DNA of 64,000 nucleotides from Moniliella sp. 'wahieum'. Taxonomy: Eukaryota. Positions 1-10,509 of this stretch are shown here, in pieces. Position 1 is the stretch's first letter, and each line of letters begins with the position of its first letter. The stretch lies in NCBI GenBank assembly GCA_003971905.1, contig RSEE01000055.1, forward strand, positions 1 through 64,000, given 5' to 3'. The notes beneath the pieces were generated by a model. The model searched no databases. It was not told the DNA's origin and was given only the letters and a program-made list of their open reading frames with translations. The position numbers and the translations under genes are program-made.

Positions 1-559
1 CCCTAAGGAGGCTCGACCCATCAACCTCGCCATCAGGACGGTACCTGAAAATGGCGAGATCCGTTGCCGACCCCCGTTCCCATCACACCGCCGATTGCCA
101 AAGCTGGGCCGAAAATAGCCAGCCAGCGTGGTGGACCGGGCGTGTCCCAAGACCTGGTGGGCTGGACGGGATGAAGCGTTGTGTCGGTCGTCCTTGCTTG
201 AGGGGCAGTTTGTGTGATGGTCAGCTCTGGCTCGCGACGTGAGGGACGGCATACACGGGTTCCCTGCGGTTTTCTTCGTACGTTCATCCCCCAAACAGCC
301 GGTTGGCATGGAATGCACGAGAACCACACCCTACCCGACTGTTGTTCCTCTGGTCTACGCCAAGAGCGAGAGGAACGAGGCGATGGTGCGTGTGGATGTT
401 GATCCCGTCTCTGGGCAGGATGGGTCGGGGGCAGGGCGGGAGGGGGGAGCTGGTGGTGGCAAGAGACGCAGTCGAGCGGTGCTTACTGAACCGGTTCGTG
501 TGGGCGATACAGGCGGCGGGGGTCACGGTCACGGTCACCGGTCACCGGAGCAGGATTGA
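1..559 (+). CDS. Possible 3' end of an unidentified gene truncated by the window edge
   Basis: Coding-like, GC-rich short + strand frames (PKEARPINLAIRTVPENGEIRC...; ...SERNEAMVRVDVDPVSGQDG...EQD*) and a GTACGT donor-like site near 278; no family recognised. Confidence 0.2.
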
Positions 560-1149
560 ATATTGATTGTACGATTGAAACTTGAAACGATCCTGTGGCG
601 GGTGAACCAACAAGCCGCTGGCGCCTCCTGACACGGCCAAGTTGAACTGATTCCTTCTCCATCTTTCCACCACCTCCTTCTCATCCGCCTTGCCCACCGC
701 CTGGGGGTCTTGGCGGATCATGTCGCTTGCCGTGATGCGCGTGAACCAGGCAGGTGGGAACTTGTGTCACACCGACAGCTCAGGCGCGCACGCACTAAGC
801 CGGCAGCCGGAGAGCTGTGCTCCGCCCAAAGTGGGGCTGCCCATCGGAGCAGACAAAAACGCTGACTCGATCCCAAGCAGCTTGACCCACCAAAACCACT
901 GCCCTGAGGACGGAGGGCGCAAAGGCAACTAAAGCCAATGCCAGCGCCAAGCCGAGCCAAAACCAAATGCATCGCCCTTCGGGCGTGGCCTCGACGACGG
1001 CGTAAGGAGTGGCGGCCGGTTTGACACCTTAAATCTTAAGCTCACTCGCCGTGCCTCCCATCTTATCCATCAAGCCGTTCGGCTCCGACCGTCGTCTAGA
1101 GAGGGGGTCGGCGGTTGTGTGCGCACCGGCCTAGCGCAGCGTTAGCCAC

Positions 1150-1650
1150 CGGCTACATTGGTGTGTTCACTGGTATTTGCATTTGCCCATCGGCGGGCTC
1201 GACTCGCCTCCTGCTCTCATTCTCTCGTACCGACCCTCGCTCACAGGCGAAACTGGATCATCCGTGTGGGACGGTGTTTGCCCAACTGGAGGGCCGGGAA
1301 ACCCCGCCACTGGGCTTGCCTTCTGTGGCCATCTGGTCAGACCCACTGAGCTCGGCGATACGTCTTATAGTACTGCCTTTCATGGTACCCACCCTGCTCG
1401 GGGAATACAATGGATCTACAGGGGCGCACGATGCTACTGATGTTGGCTAGCCCCGCCACCCGTGGAACCAACCGGTGGGATCCGTCCTGGAAGTGGTACC
1501 TACTGGAAAACATGTTCGAACCAAGGCGCTTGACGCCCGCTTGTACCATGTAGAAGTAAGCGAATGGCGGCACCTCCAGGACGCTGGAGAATGGAGGCGC
1601 TGATTTACTGTTGGTGCGCGCTGCGCGCTGTTAACCACCCTGAATACTAG
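1150..1650 (+). mobile_element. Degenerate tyrosine-recombinase (DIRS/Ngaro-like) fragment
   Basis: Frame 1177-1440 reads ATGLAFCGHLVRPTELGDTSYSTAFHGTHPARGIQW, resembling the fungal YR box-I region (AFxGxLRxGE...F...HPxR); lower GC, no intact ORF. Match judged by eye. Confidence 0.35.
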
Positions 1651-1798
1651 GCCCGCATACTGTGCCTTTTCCGCTCCCCTGCCAGTATCAGGAGATGGGT
1701 ATGGGCGGACGGGCGAGCTGATCTGCCAGCGAAAGCGGCGCGAAGCTGGTCAAGCAGAGGCAGAAGTAAAGAGGCATAGTTGTTGGGCCCAAAAAGAA

Positions 1799-1893
1799 TG
1801 CTTCAAAGGGGAATCGAACCCCTGTCACATCGATGTCTCACAGGCACTAGGGCTGTCTGGCAACGATGTAGTATACCACTAACCCATTGAAGC
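1799..1893 (-). tRNA. tRNA-Gly(GCC) with 24-nt intron (1834-1857)
   Basis: Minus strand: GCTTCAA acceptor pairs with TTGAAGC-A; anticodon stem CATCG/CGATG with loop TTGCCA[intron]T; T-arm AGGGG-TTCGATT-CCCCT; 71 nt after splicing; TTCTTTTT Pol III terminator follows. Confidence 0.95.
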
Positions 1894-2159
1894 GTGATGT
1901 CATTGATTGGAATTTATTCGATACGCCGTGAACGGTGTCAGTAACGTTTGTAACATGTAACCGGTAACCCCTGTAGCTGCGACGCTTGCGCTGCGTCGGG
2001 ACGGTCGAAGCACTGGGCCGCCGCCGAGGGTGGTGGTGGTGGAGTGGCAGAGCAGTCGCATGTGCTAAAGCGGCGCAGGCGGGATGGATGAGGCAGGGCA
2101 GAGTGCGGGAGCGTCGCACGCGGCCGCAACAGCATGCGGTGGCTTGTGCGCGCTAGAAC

Positions 2160-5100
2160 ATGGTTCAACGGGCACCCGATAGGCGAGCATGCGCATCACC
2201 CATGCCGGGCAGGGCGATGGGGGATCGGCCGCAGCGGCGTGGTTGGGAGGATGGATGGACGGGTGGATGGACGGGTGGATGGACGGTTGCGTGCGCTCCC
2301 CCCCCATCGCCATGGCCGCGCACACGCCCGCCGAGCCAGCGCCGACCGGCCGCTCGGAGGCGCACAGCTCGCCACATCCTCCGCTCCTTCGAGCACATGC
2401 ACCACTACCTCCACACCCAGCCCACGCCCACCCCGCCCCCAAGCCCACCCCTGCGCTCGACCTCGAGCAGCACAGCTCCGTCACCTCCTGGGCCGCCCAC
2501 CACGCGCCGCCCCGCCCGCCCTCGCTCCCTGCCCCGCCCTCGCTCCCTGCCCCGCCCTCGCTCCCTGCCCCGCCCCCGCCCCGCCCCCGCCCCAGCCCCA
2601 GCCAGCCGCCCCCTGCCGCAAGCGACGAGCACCACATCCATCCGCCGCGTCCCCGCCGGCCCCGGCAAGCGCGCCACCACCAAGGTCACCACCACCATCC
2701 ACATCCACCCGCCCCGCAAACACGCCCACGACAAGCCTGCCTCTCCTCCCGATGCGCCTCCCCCCGCTGCGGTCAAGTCGCCTGTTCCGTCAGCCAAGGC
2801 CGAGTCGGTCAAGCTGCCCTCCGCGTCGCCCAAGGCACCACCCTCCTCAGTCCGAGCCCCTCCCTCGGTCACGCCCGCTCCTTCCAAGGCAGCCTCTGTC
2901 AAATCGGCGTCAAGTAAGCAACCCTCAGTCGACGCCCCCGTGGTCCAGTCGCCTCCAGCGTCGGCCAGGCCCGCGGCTGCTTCTGTCAAAGCCCCTCCTT
3001 CGGTTACCTCGGTTCCAGCGACCTCGCACAAGGAGCCGTCCATCAAAGCTGCATCTGTCAAGGCGCCTTCCGTGCAAGCTGCTTCGTCCAAGGCGGCATC
3101 TGTACACGCTGCTTCGGTCAAGGCGCCCTCGGTAAAAGCCGTTTCGGCAAAGGATCTCTCTACCAAATCAGCCTCAGTCAAGTCCCCAGCAGCGTCCGTA
3201 AAATCGCACCCTGCATCTGTCAAGGCAGCCTCCTCGGCCAAGCCTTCCGCTAAAGAGCCCTCCGTCACAGTCATTGTGGTCCATGATAACCCTGGTTCGG
3301 CCAAGGTTGCCTCGGTCAAGTCCCAAACACCCCCGCCCTCGGTCAAAGGAAAACCCTCTTCGGCCAAGTCGGTGCCCCCTTCCGTAAAGGCGGACACCAA
3401 GCCCGCGTCTGTCAAGTCGAATCCGCGCTCGTTGCACGACACTCCCAAGGCTCCCTCGCTGTCCCAGTCTGTCTCGAACAAGTCTGTCTCGAACAAATCT
3501 GCCTCGGGGGCCAAACCGGCATCGGTAGCCCTTGAGCCTGTGAAGGAGGAGCCACCCAAGCCTGTTGTGCCATCAGTAAAGTCGCTCCACCTCCCAACCA
3601 GGTCTTTGTCGGACAAGTCTTCGAACAAGACCTCGGCCAAGCCATCGGTCGCTCCCTCGGCGGTCCAAGCCGAGCCCATGGATAAGAAGGTTGTGTTTGT
3701 TGCGGAAAGTCGTGGCCCGCCCTCCCTGTTGTCCAACAGCACAAGCGCCAGCACCAAAATCGTTCGCAAACGAATTTGCATCCTCTTTGACGGCGGCCAC
3801 CACTCGCGTCTCTCTGTCCGTCCGGTCAATACGGATGGGGCGCCGACGTCATCGGGGGGCAATAGTTACTTTACCAACATTGCCTTACTTTCCCAAACGC
3901 TCAAGCCCTATGCGAACAAGACTGACCAAGAAAGCTACCGGGTCCCTCAGGTGTCGCTTTACCTCCCTGACATTGAGGCCAGGACCAGCCAAGGGGGCAC
4001 CCGAGATGGTACGTCTACCGCGCTACCCTGATCGTGTTGTCATTCATCTTCTAACGTGTATGTTTTTTCCAGGCGTCGAGCTGAACGTCGAGACGGCCTG
4101 GGCGTTTCTCTCCGACAACTACCTGCCCGGAGACGAGTTGTTCCTCTTTGGCTTTTCCCGAGGCGCTGTGGCAGCACGGGTGCTAGCTGGCTTGATCAGC
4201 TGGGGTGGGATTCTACCCAAATCGCAAGCTGTCTTTATCAAACCCATCTGGGAAGCCTACCTGCGTCGTCGGCCTTCCAAGCCGGCCACACTTGTGCATG
4301 CCGCCCAGACGCTTCACCATGCCACGGGTCTTTGGCCCCATCCCTCTGCCACCAGTTCGGACCGGATTTCCTCCATAGTCCAGGCCACCGGCACCACCGA
4401 ACCGCTCACCCCGCACGTGGCGCACGTCAAAATCAAGGTGATCGGGGTGTTTGACACGGTGGTTCCCCGTGGATGGCTGGATCGGCTGGCGTTCTTTGAT
4501 CCGGGTCTGGGAAAAGGGGTGGAACATGCGTTCCAAGCCCTGGCCTTGGGCGAGGGGAGGGGCCGCGCGCGGCCGGCCTTGTGGCATCAGTCCCCCTCGG
4601 CGGCCGACTCGCAAGTTCTGCGCCAAACCTGGTTCCAGGGTGCGCACGCTGACGTGGGTGGCGGGTACAACCACCATGGCTTGTCGGACATTGCGCTTGG
4701 GTGGATGGTAGCGCTCTTGACGGATCATCGGCAGGGGGCGATGCTGAGCTTTGATTTGCGCCGCCTCAAGCGTCTACAAGATGAACGGGTGGCGTGGGCG
4801 AAACAGGATGAGCATCGGCCGCGGTCGCTGGACGAGACGAGACGAAATGTCGGGGACGACGCGCTGCCATCGAAAGCGATGACCAAGTGGCAGGCCATGG
4901 ACCCACACGGGTACCGAGGCGAAGCGATCCATCACTCGGTCGTAGTCAGTGGAAAGTACGACCAGCACCGGTCTCCCCAATTTGAGTTGCTGCGCCACCA
5001 AAACCCAGAGTACCTCGCCACGCTCTGGGCCGAAGCCTCGGACCCAGCCAGCCTCCTGCCCACCGAACGCTATCTACGTTGGGCGGGGGGCGAACCGACG

Positions 5101-5745
5101 CTGGCGCGCTCCAGCTCCCGGCTCTCTCTTGCTCGCACCCTCTCCAACTTGTCCACCCACTCTCGTCGATCGACAGACGCGCGTGGGCGCGACGGATCGC
5201 GGCGCCTGTCGTTTCACAACTTGCGTCGGAGCCGGAGCCGGAACCGCACCCGCAGCCCAAGTCAAAGCCGGTCCAAATCCGCCTCGCCGCCCGTGGCACA
5301 TGGCTGGTCCGCATTACCTCGCGCTCGCGGGCCTCTCACCCGGTGGGAACGGGGACCCGACAAAGCCGAGTCCGGACGACGAAAAAGGTGAGAAAGGGCA
5401 AGAGGAACCAATGGCTGCTACGCCTGCGCCTGCCCGCGCCCCTTCCCGTCGCTCCAAGTTATCTCGGGGTTTGGCGCACCACCCTTCACGCGCCACCGCC
5501 GGGCTGTTTCCGACGCCACGCCGACAGCGGCAGAGAAGGTGGGGGAGCCTAGCTCGGGTGCGGTCGCCACGACCGAACCACCGGCGGGGCCATCAGCGGA
5601 CAAGGCCGAAACCAGTCCCCCTGCCACTGCCACGGATCCCGCGGCGGCTGCTCCTGCCAAGGGCGAGGGCGAGCGCTGGATCATCTCGGTGCGCAAACCG
5701 TCGTGGCGCGCGCTGCGTCGGCCTCGACCTGCCGATGCGGCCTGA
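2160..5745 (+). CDS. DUF2235 (T6SS Tle1-like alpha/beta hydrolase) protein with long Ser/Pro/Ala/Lys-repeat N-terminus; intron 4009-4072; frameshifted C-terminal tail
   Basis: KRICILFDG...TNI; GDELFLFGFSRGA (nucleophile GxSxG); IGVFDTV; HAFQALAL; QTWFQGAHADVGGG. Intron GTACGT..CTAAC..CAG joins ORFs 2160-4031 and 3691-5391 in frame. Start uncertain (ATG near 2397 possible); the stop may be 5391 or 5745. Confidence 0.85.
2249..2286. repeat. 12-bp tandem repeat (GGTGGATGGACG) x~3
   Basis: Directly visible. Confidence 0.8.
2515..2570 (+). repeat. 18-bp tandem repeat (CCCGCCCTCGCTCCCTGC) x3
   Basis: Directly visible; encodes PRSLPR or PPSLPA repeats depending on frame. Confidence 0.8.
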
Positions 5746-5749
5746 AGAT

Positions 5750-5796
5750 GCTTGAAGCTTGAAGCTTGAAGCTGGAATCTGGGATCTGGAATTTGG
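5750..5796. repeat. Heptamer array (GCTTGAA)x3 followed by degenerate (G/T)CTGGAA units
   Basis: gcttgaagcttgaagcttgaagctggaatctgggatctggaatttgg; the same heptamer recurs at 19875, 37697 and 53750. Confidence 0.85.
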
Positions 5797-6535
5797 TACG
5801 GTAGGGCGACCCTCGCTGTCGCTTTGGACGGGTCGCCCGGGTTTTGTTAGTATGAACGGATCTGCGTTGCTATATACTGCTTCTCATATAGGCCAGGCCG
5901 TTTGTCTTGTAGGTTGATTTGATTCCTCTGTCCGCATAGGCTCGCAGGAATAGCCGCTGTGAAACGCAAGGCAGAGGGTAGAGGTGCACGCAACTTGAAG
6001 GGACCAACGGGGCGCGCGAGTGGAGATTCGTTCCTGCTGACATCTGTCCTCCTATAGCGTAATGATGCAGAAGGAGCGGCGGGGAAAAAATCACGCCGTC
6101 GCGTCTAGATGCAGTAGGCTTGGAAATACGCCCAAATAGTAGTAGTACTGGCTGGTCTCGACGCGAGTCCAACCTTCCATCCCACTGCTCGACCAGTCTA
6201 ATAAGACCAAGTTTCCTGTCGACACCGGATCGAAGGTTTTTACAGCGGGGGGATTTGATGTTTGATGGGTGGCTACGTTGTCTACTCTGCCTTTGTATGC
6301 TGTAGTTTGGTCGTGGCGGGGTCCGGTTCGCTGTTGGCTCTTGCCAGCGACCTCGAGCTGAGCCTACAACAATTTTCCCGCTAAGCCTGCCTACCAGCCA
6401 GAAATACCTGAGAACCAATACATCGAGCCATGCATGTCCTGCCGGTCGCGTCAGGGGCGATGTCGGAGAGGAGAGAGAAGAAACGGAGCCCAAGGCGGAA
6501 ATAGAAGAAGAAAACAGCCTTTGTTGGGATAGAGT

Positions 6536-7613
6536 TTACCTCCTGCTCTTTTTGGCGCGTGGTCCATCCGCCTGTTCGGCCAGGGCGGCAGTGCCGTGCC
6601 CGCCCGACGCATGCTTGATCGCTTTCCGCACATTGATCTCGGGTGCGGTCTTGTTAGCCTTGCGGTCCATGCGGCCCAGGACCTCCATCTGGGCCGAGCG
6701 TTCGGCCGAGCCCGGCTTTTCGTTCGGGGCAAACTTGCGCTTAATACCCTTGACGCGGGCATCGTCGCCCTTGAGTTTGCGGTCAAAGTTGCCGAGGGAA
6801 GCGGTGGAGCGCTTGGTGCGCAACAAGTCGCCTTCGAGGTGGCGTTTGTGCGCCTCGCGTGCGGCCAGACGCTTGTTTTTCTCCGTCTCGGCTTGGGCGG
6901 CGGAGGAGGCGGTGGCCTGGGCGCGCTCGATGTTCTTGAGTCGCTTCTTTTCGTTGGTTGCCTTGCGTTCCTTGCGCTCCTTCTTGGCCTCTGCGCGCGG
7001 GTTAAAGTCGGGATCTGCACAGACACAACAACATTACACAGGTCAGCAACGGAGGGCGCTCAGTCGAGGCAGGAAAGGGTGGCTAAGCGCCGAGAAAAGA
7101 TGGGGGACATACCAGCGTTGGCCGGCACTTCATGCAGCCATTGTTCTTCCGCATCCTTGTTGGCACCACGGAAGCCCCAGCGGTTGACCCATTCCTTCTT
7201 CTCCTCGTCCCAGACTTTGCGATCCTTCTTGCTGTGCGAAATGCCCTTTTCGCGAGCAAACTCCCACTTGGTCAAGGGCTTGCCGCCGGCCTTGGGCAGC
7301 GGCTTCTCGCGCGGTTCGCTGACCCGGTCCGCAGGCAAGATGGGCGGGAGGGTGACCAGCGGGCCGTACTCGGGGTGGGGGGTGTAGGGGAGAGTGAAGA
7401 CGGCATTGAGCAAGGCCTGGGTGGCATTGCGCGCGTGCGCACGCAGGTACGTCTCGCGCTCGTCCGCGGCGAGCTTGGCCAGGTCGGGCGCGTTGGGGTC
7501 GACGGTGGTCAGGAAGCCGACATCGAGCTGGATGGGGAGCCCGCGCTGCTTGACCTCGGTCGAGGTGGAGCGGCGGGCGCAGACGCGGGCGCAGGATCTG
7601 CTACGGCCGACAT
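6536..7613 (-). CDS. RRS1: Ribosome biogenesis regulatory protein RRS1; intron 7015-7112
   Basis: DVGFLTTVDPN...ARNATQALLNAVFTLP...PREKPLPK...LTKWEFAREKGI..KKDRKVWDEEKKEWVNRWGFRGANK...STASLGNFDRKL; GTATGT..GCTGAC..CAG intron; indels present. Confidence 0.93.
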
Positions 7614-7743
7614 TCGTAGGGGGGTTGGTTGGTTGGGAGAGCGGGTGGGGCTGGCCAGGCAGCCGGCCGAGCTGGGCAGAAAAAATATTGCATTCCGAGT
7701 GGCCGGGCGGAATGGGGGGGGTGGCCATGGGGGTCACGGGGGC

Positions 7744-7805
7744 CACGTGATGCGTGCGGGCTGGATGTGGCCATGAGGCACGTGACATTTGACATGTGAC
7801 ATGCG
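7744..7805. promoter_or_regulatory. Cluster of bHLH E-boxes (CACGTG, CACGTGAC, CATGTGAC) in the RRS1/OYE divergent promoter
   Basis: CACGTG 7744-7749, CACGTGAC 7779-7786, CATGTGAC 7793-7800; CACGTGAC equals the Cbf1/CDEI-type consensus. Function is inferred. Confidence 0.5.
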
Positions 7806-8075
7806 ATGGGCTAATCACATGGATGGGCCACGCTGGAGAGCGCGTATGGACTAAGGAGGCATCCGTGTGCGTGTACCGTCTGGCGTTGGTCGGGTGCTTG
7901 CGGCTGGCCGAGCGAGGCGAATGCATGACGGGTGCCGCGATTGAGAATCGAGAAGCGTGAGTTGGTCCGCTTTCACGCCCCGCGCTCTCGCTGCCTCCGC
8001 GTCCCCCGCCGTCCTCAGCCGCTGCCTCTGCCCGCCCCCCATCCCGCCGCCGCGACGCTGGAGCCGCCTGCGCCC

Positions 8076-9848
8076 ATGTCCAGTGCCCAGCAGATCGCGC
8101 TGCTCGCCGCCCCCAGACGCTGCCCATCAGCCACGCCGTCGCGCCCAACCGCTTCTTCAAGGCGCCCACCGAGGAGTACCTGTGCCAGCTGGCTGCCACC
8201 ACCGTGGCCGATGATGCCCAGCGCCCGCTCTCCATCCCGGGCCACATGCCCTCGCCCACCCACCTCGATCTGTACGCGGCGTATGCCCAGGGCGGCTGGG
8301 GCATCATCACCACGGGCAACGTCATGGTCGATCCGACCCAGCTCGGCGGCCCGCTGGACATTGTTCTGCCTCGCCTGCTGTCTGGCGCGGCGGGTGCGCT
8401 GGACGCGCACCGTGCCGGGCCTGGGGGTGTGGAGGCCGCGCGGCAGACCATTGGCCAGCTGTACGCCCAGAGCGACGGGGTGCATATATATTCCACAAGT
8501 ACGCCATGGCGCTTCGCAACCAGTCTGCCTCCCCGCCCGATGGCACGCGTCCGCTGGCTCTGATGCAGCTGAACCATGCCGGTCGCCAGAGCGGGAGGGG
8601 CATGGGCCGCGGCCTGCTAGCGCCCTCGTGGGCACCCAGTGCTGAGCGCGTTGACCCGCTCAAGGCCAGCTTGGGCGGAGGCCTACTGGGTCCGTTGGTG
8701 GCCGAAGTGGGGTTCGGCACGCCGAAAGCCATGACGTTGGACGAGATTGGAGAGATGAAACGCATGTTCCTCGCGGCGGCAGTCATGTGCCAAGCAGCGG
8801 GATTTGATGGAGTACAGTTGCACGCCGCACATGGCTACCAGTTGGCCGCCTTCCTTTCCCCCCTGACCAACAAACGTACGACCAGTACGGCGGCTCGGCC
8901 CAAAATCGGGCTCGCCTGCTGCTCGAACTGGCTCGCGAGACACGGCAGTTGCTGGGCCCGTCATTTGTCGTGGCAGTCAAGGTACGTTACGCTGACCCTC
9001 GCCTGCCCTCTTGCGGAGACCCTTATTAACCCCTCCCTCCCCCCCCTTTGCACCACCTCGAGTAGCTCAATAGTGCGGACTACGTGGCGGGAGGCTTGAG
9101 CGGAGCAAGATGCGCTTCAGACAGTAGCCTGGCTTGCTGAACTCAATGCGGTGGACTTGATCGAGGTTAGTGGAGGCACGTATGAGAGTCCTGTTTTTCT
9201 CACCTTGACCAAGGGGGCTACGAGCGCTTCCTCCCCGTCCTCAATCAAGCCCAGAGAGGCCATCTTCTTTTCGTTTGCGCACGAAAGTCATGAGGTGGTA
9301 GCGCAAGCGGCCAAGGCCGTCGGCGCTACGCCGCCCATGCTGTGCATCACGGGTGGGCTCAAGACGCGAGCCGGGATGGCAAGTGCAGTGCAAGAGGCGC
9401 ATGCCGACTTTGTGGGCATTGCCCGATACGCCACCATCTACCCTTCCTTGCCGGCTGTGCTGTTGGGGTTGGGCGGGGAAGCCCAAGCAAGCGTTCGCCC
9501 CTGGTCCGTTCCGATGCAGACCGTCTTCTCCCGCCTCACCCCGGCGCTCTTTTCGGGAGGCTGGGCGACGCAGTTTGCCGCGGCTCAAATGCGCGTGGTG
9601 GCGTTTGTGCATCGAGCCAAGGCAAGGGCCAAGGGCGGCGAACGAGTGCGCGCCGATGTCTTCCTACCCCCGGACCAAGGCGTCCCCCGTCTGGACGCAA
9701 TTGAGGCGCTGATCATCAACCTCATCCCGCCCTCGTGGGGTGGCATCTGTTCCTCCACAATTGGTTGGCCACTGGGCGGATGACGCGTGTGCTCTTTGTC
9801 CTGTTGGCTGCACTCGTTTCGCATTTGGCCTTGGCTGTTCTGGGGTGA
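8076..9848 (+). CDS. NADH:flavin oxidoreductase / Old Yellow Enzyme family; intron 8982-9065
   Basis: PNRFFKAPTEE; GGWGIITTGNVMVD; QLNHAGRQ; AGFDGVQLHAAHGYQLAAFLSPLTNKRT; VAVK|LNSADY; DLIEVSGGTYE; ITGGLKT..ADFVGIAR. Several frameshifts; 3' end approximate. Confidence 0.9.
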
Positions 9849-10509
9849 AGTGGATAATTTGGAATGCTATATCCAGCTAATATCACTACGACTTGCTTCT
9901 GCCTGATAATAGAGCCCAGCAAATGGATGATTGGCTGAGATTGACAATGCGCGTTGCATCGCCCTGTGGATGTGGAGGCTTGGCCTGGAAGCCCTAAGCT
10001 ACGAGCGTCGTCCGGCAACTACGTCGTTGGAATGGGTGCTAAACGACACGTGGGCCGGGTGAGTTGGGGCTGCAACAAGACACTTTTATGACCTGTACAG
10101 GCAACAGACATATGTATGTCGATCCGTCTTGTCGTCTCTGACCTTCGACCTACTGACCTGGTCCATGGCGAACGCACATGGAGAGAACGCGCATGGGGGA
10201 TCTTGCGCTTGGCAAGACAGCTGTCCAGTGGGTGGGGGCAGCACATATAACGGGCGCAGGCGCAGAGAAGCGTGCGCCCAGGTCTTGTGACTGCGTTGGC
10301 GGGGCGGTCAATGAACTAAGAGCCTCATCACTGGGCTGGAGGGGATGGTGGTTTGACGCTCACTTTGGGACTCAGATTGCGCACATCCGTGCCACAGTCT
10401 GATGGATGGAGGCGATAAGGTGGTGTTATAGGGGGGGGGCACGGCAATAAGAGCCAGCGCGAGGCGAGGCGTTGGTACGGGTCACTGCGGGCTGGCTCGC
10501 CTAACCAAC

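Noticed and set aside
2405..3862. Long antisense and alternative-frame ORFs (e.g. 2405-3862, 15166-16671, 41136-42479, 58731-59996)
   Set aside because: Shadow ORFs expected from high GC and codon bias opposite real genes.
3691..5391. Horizontally acquired bacterial T6SS effector
   Set aside because: Has a spliceosomal intron and host-like composition; DUF2235 is widespread in fungi; no immunity or T6SS genes nearby.
5870..6493. ORFs in the low-GC gap, including a hAT-like FDGW motif at ~6260
   Set aside because: A single short motif with no supporting collinear motifs or terminal repeats.
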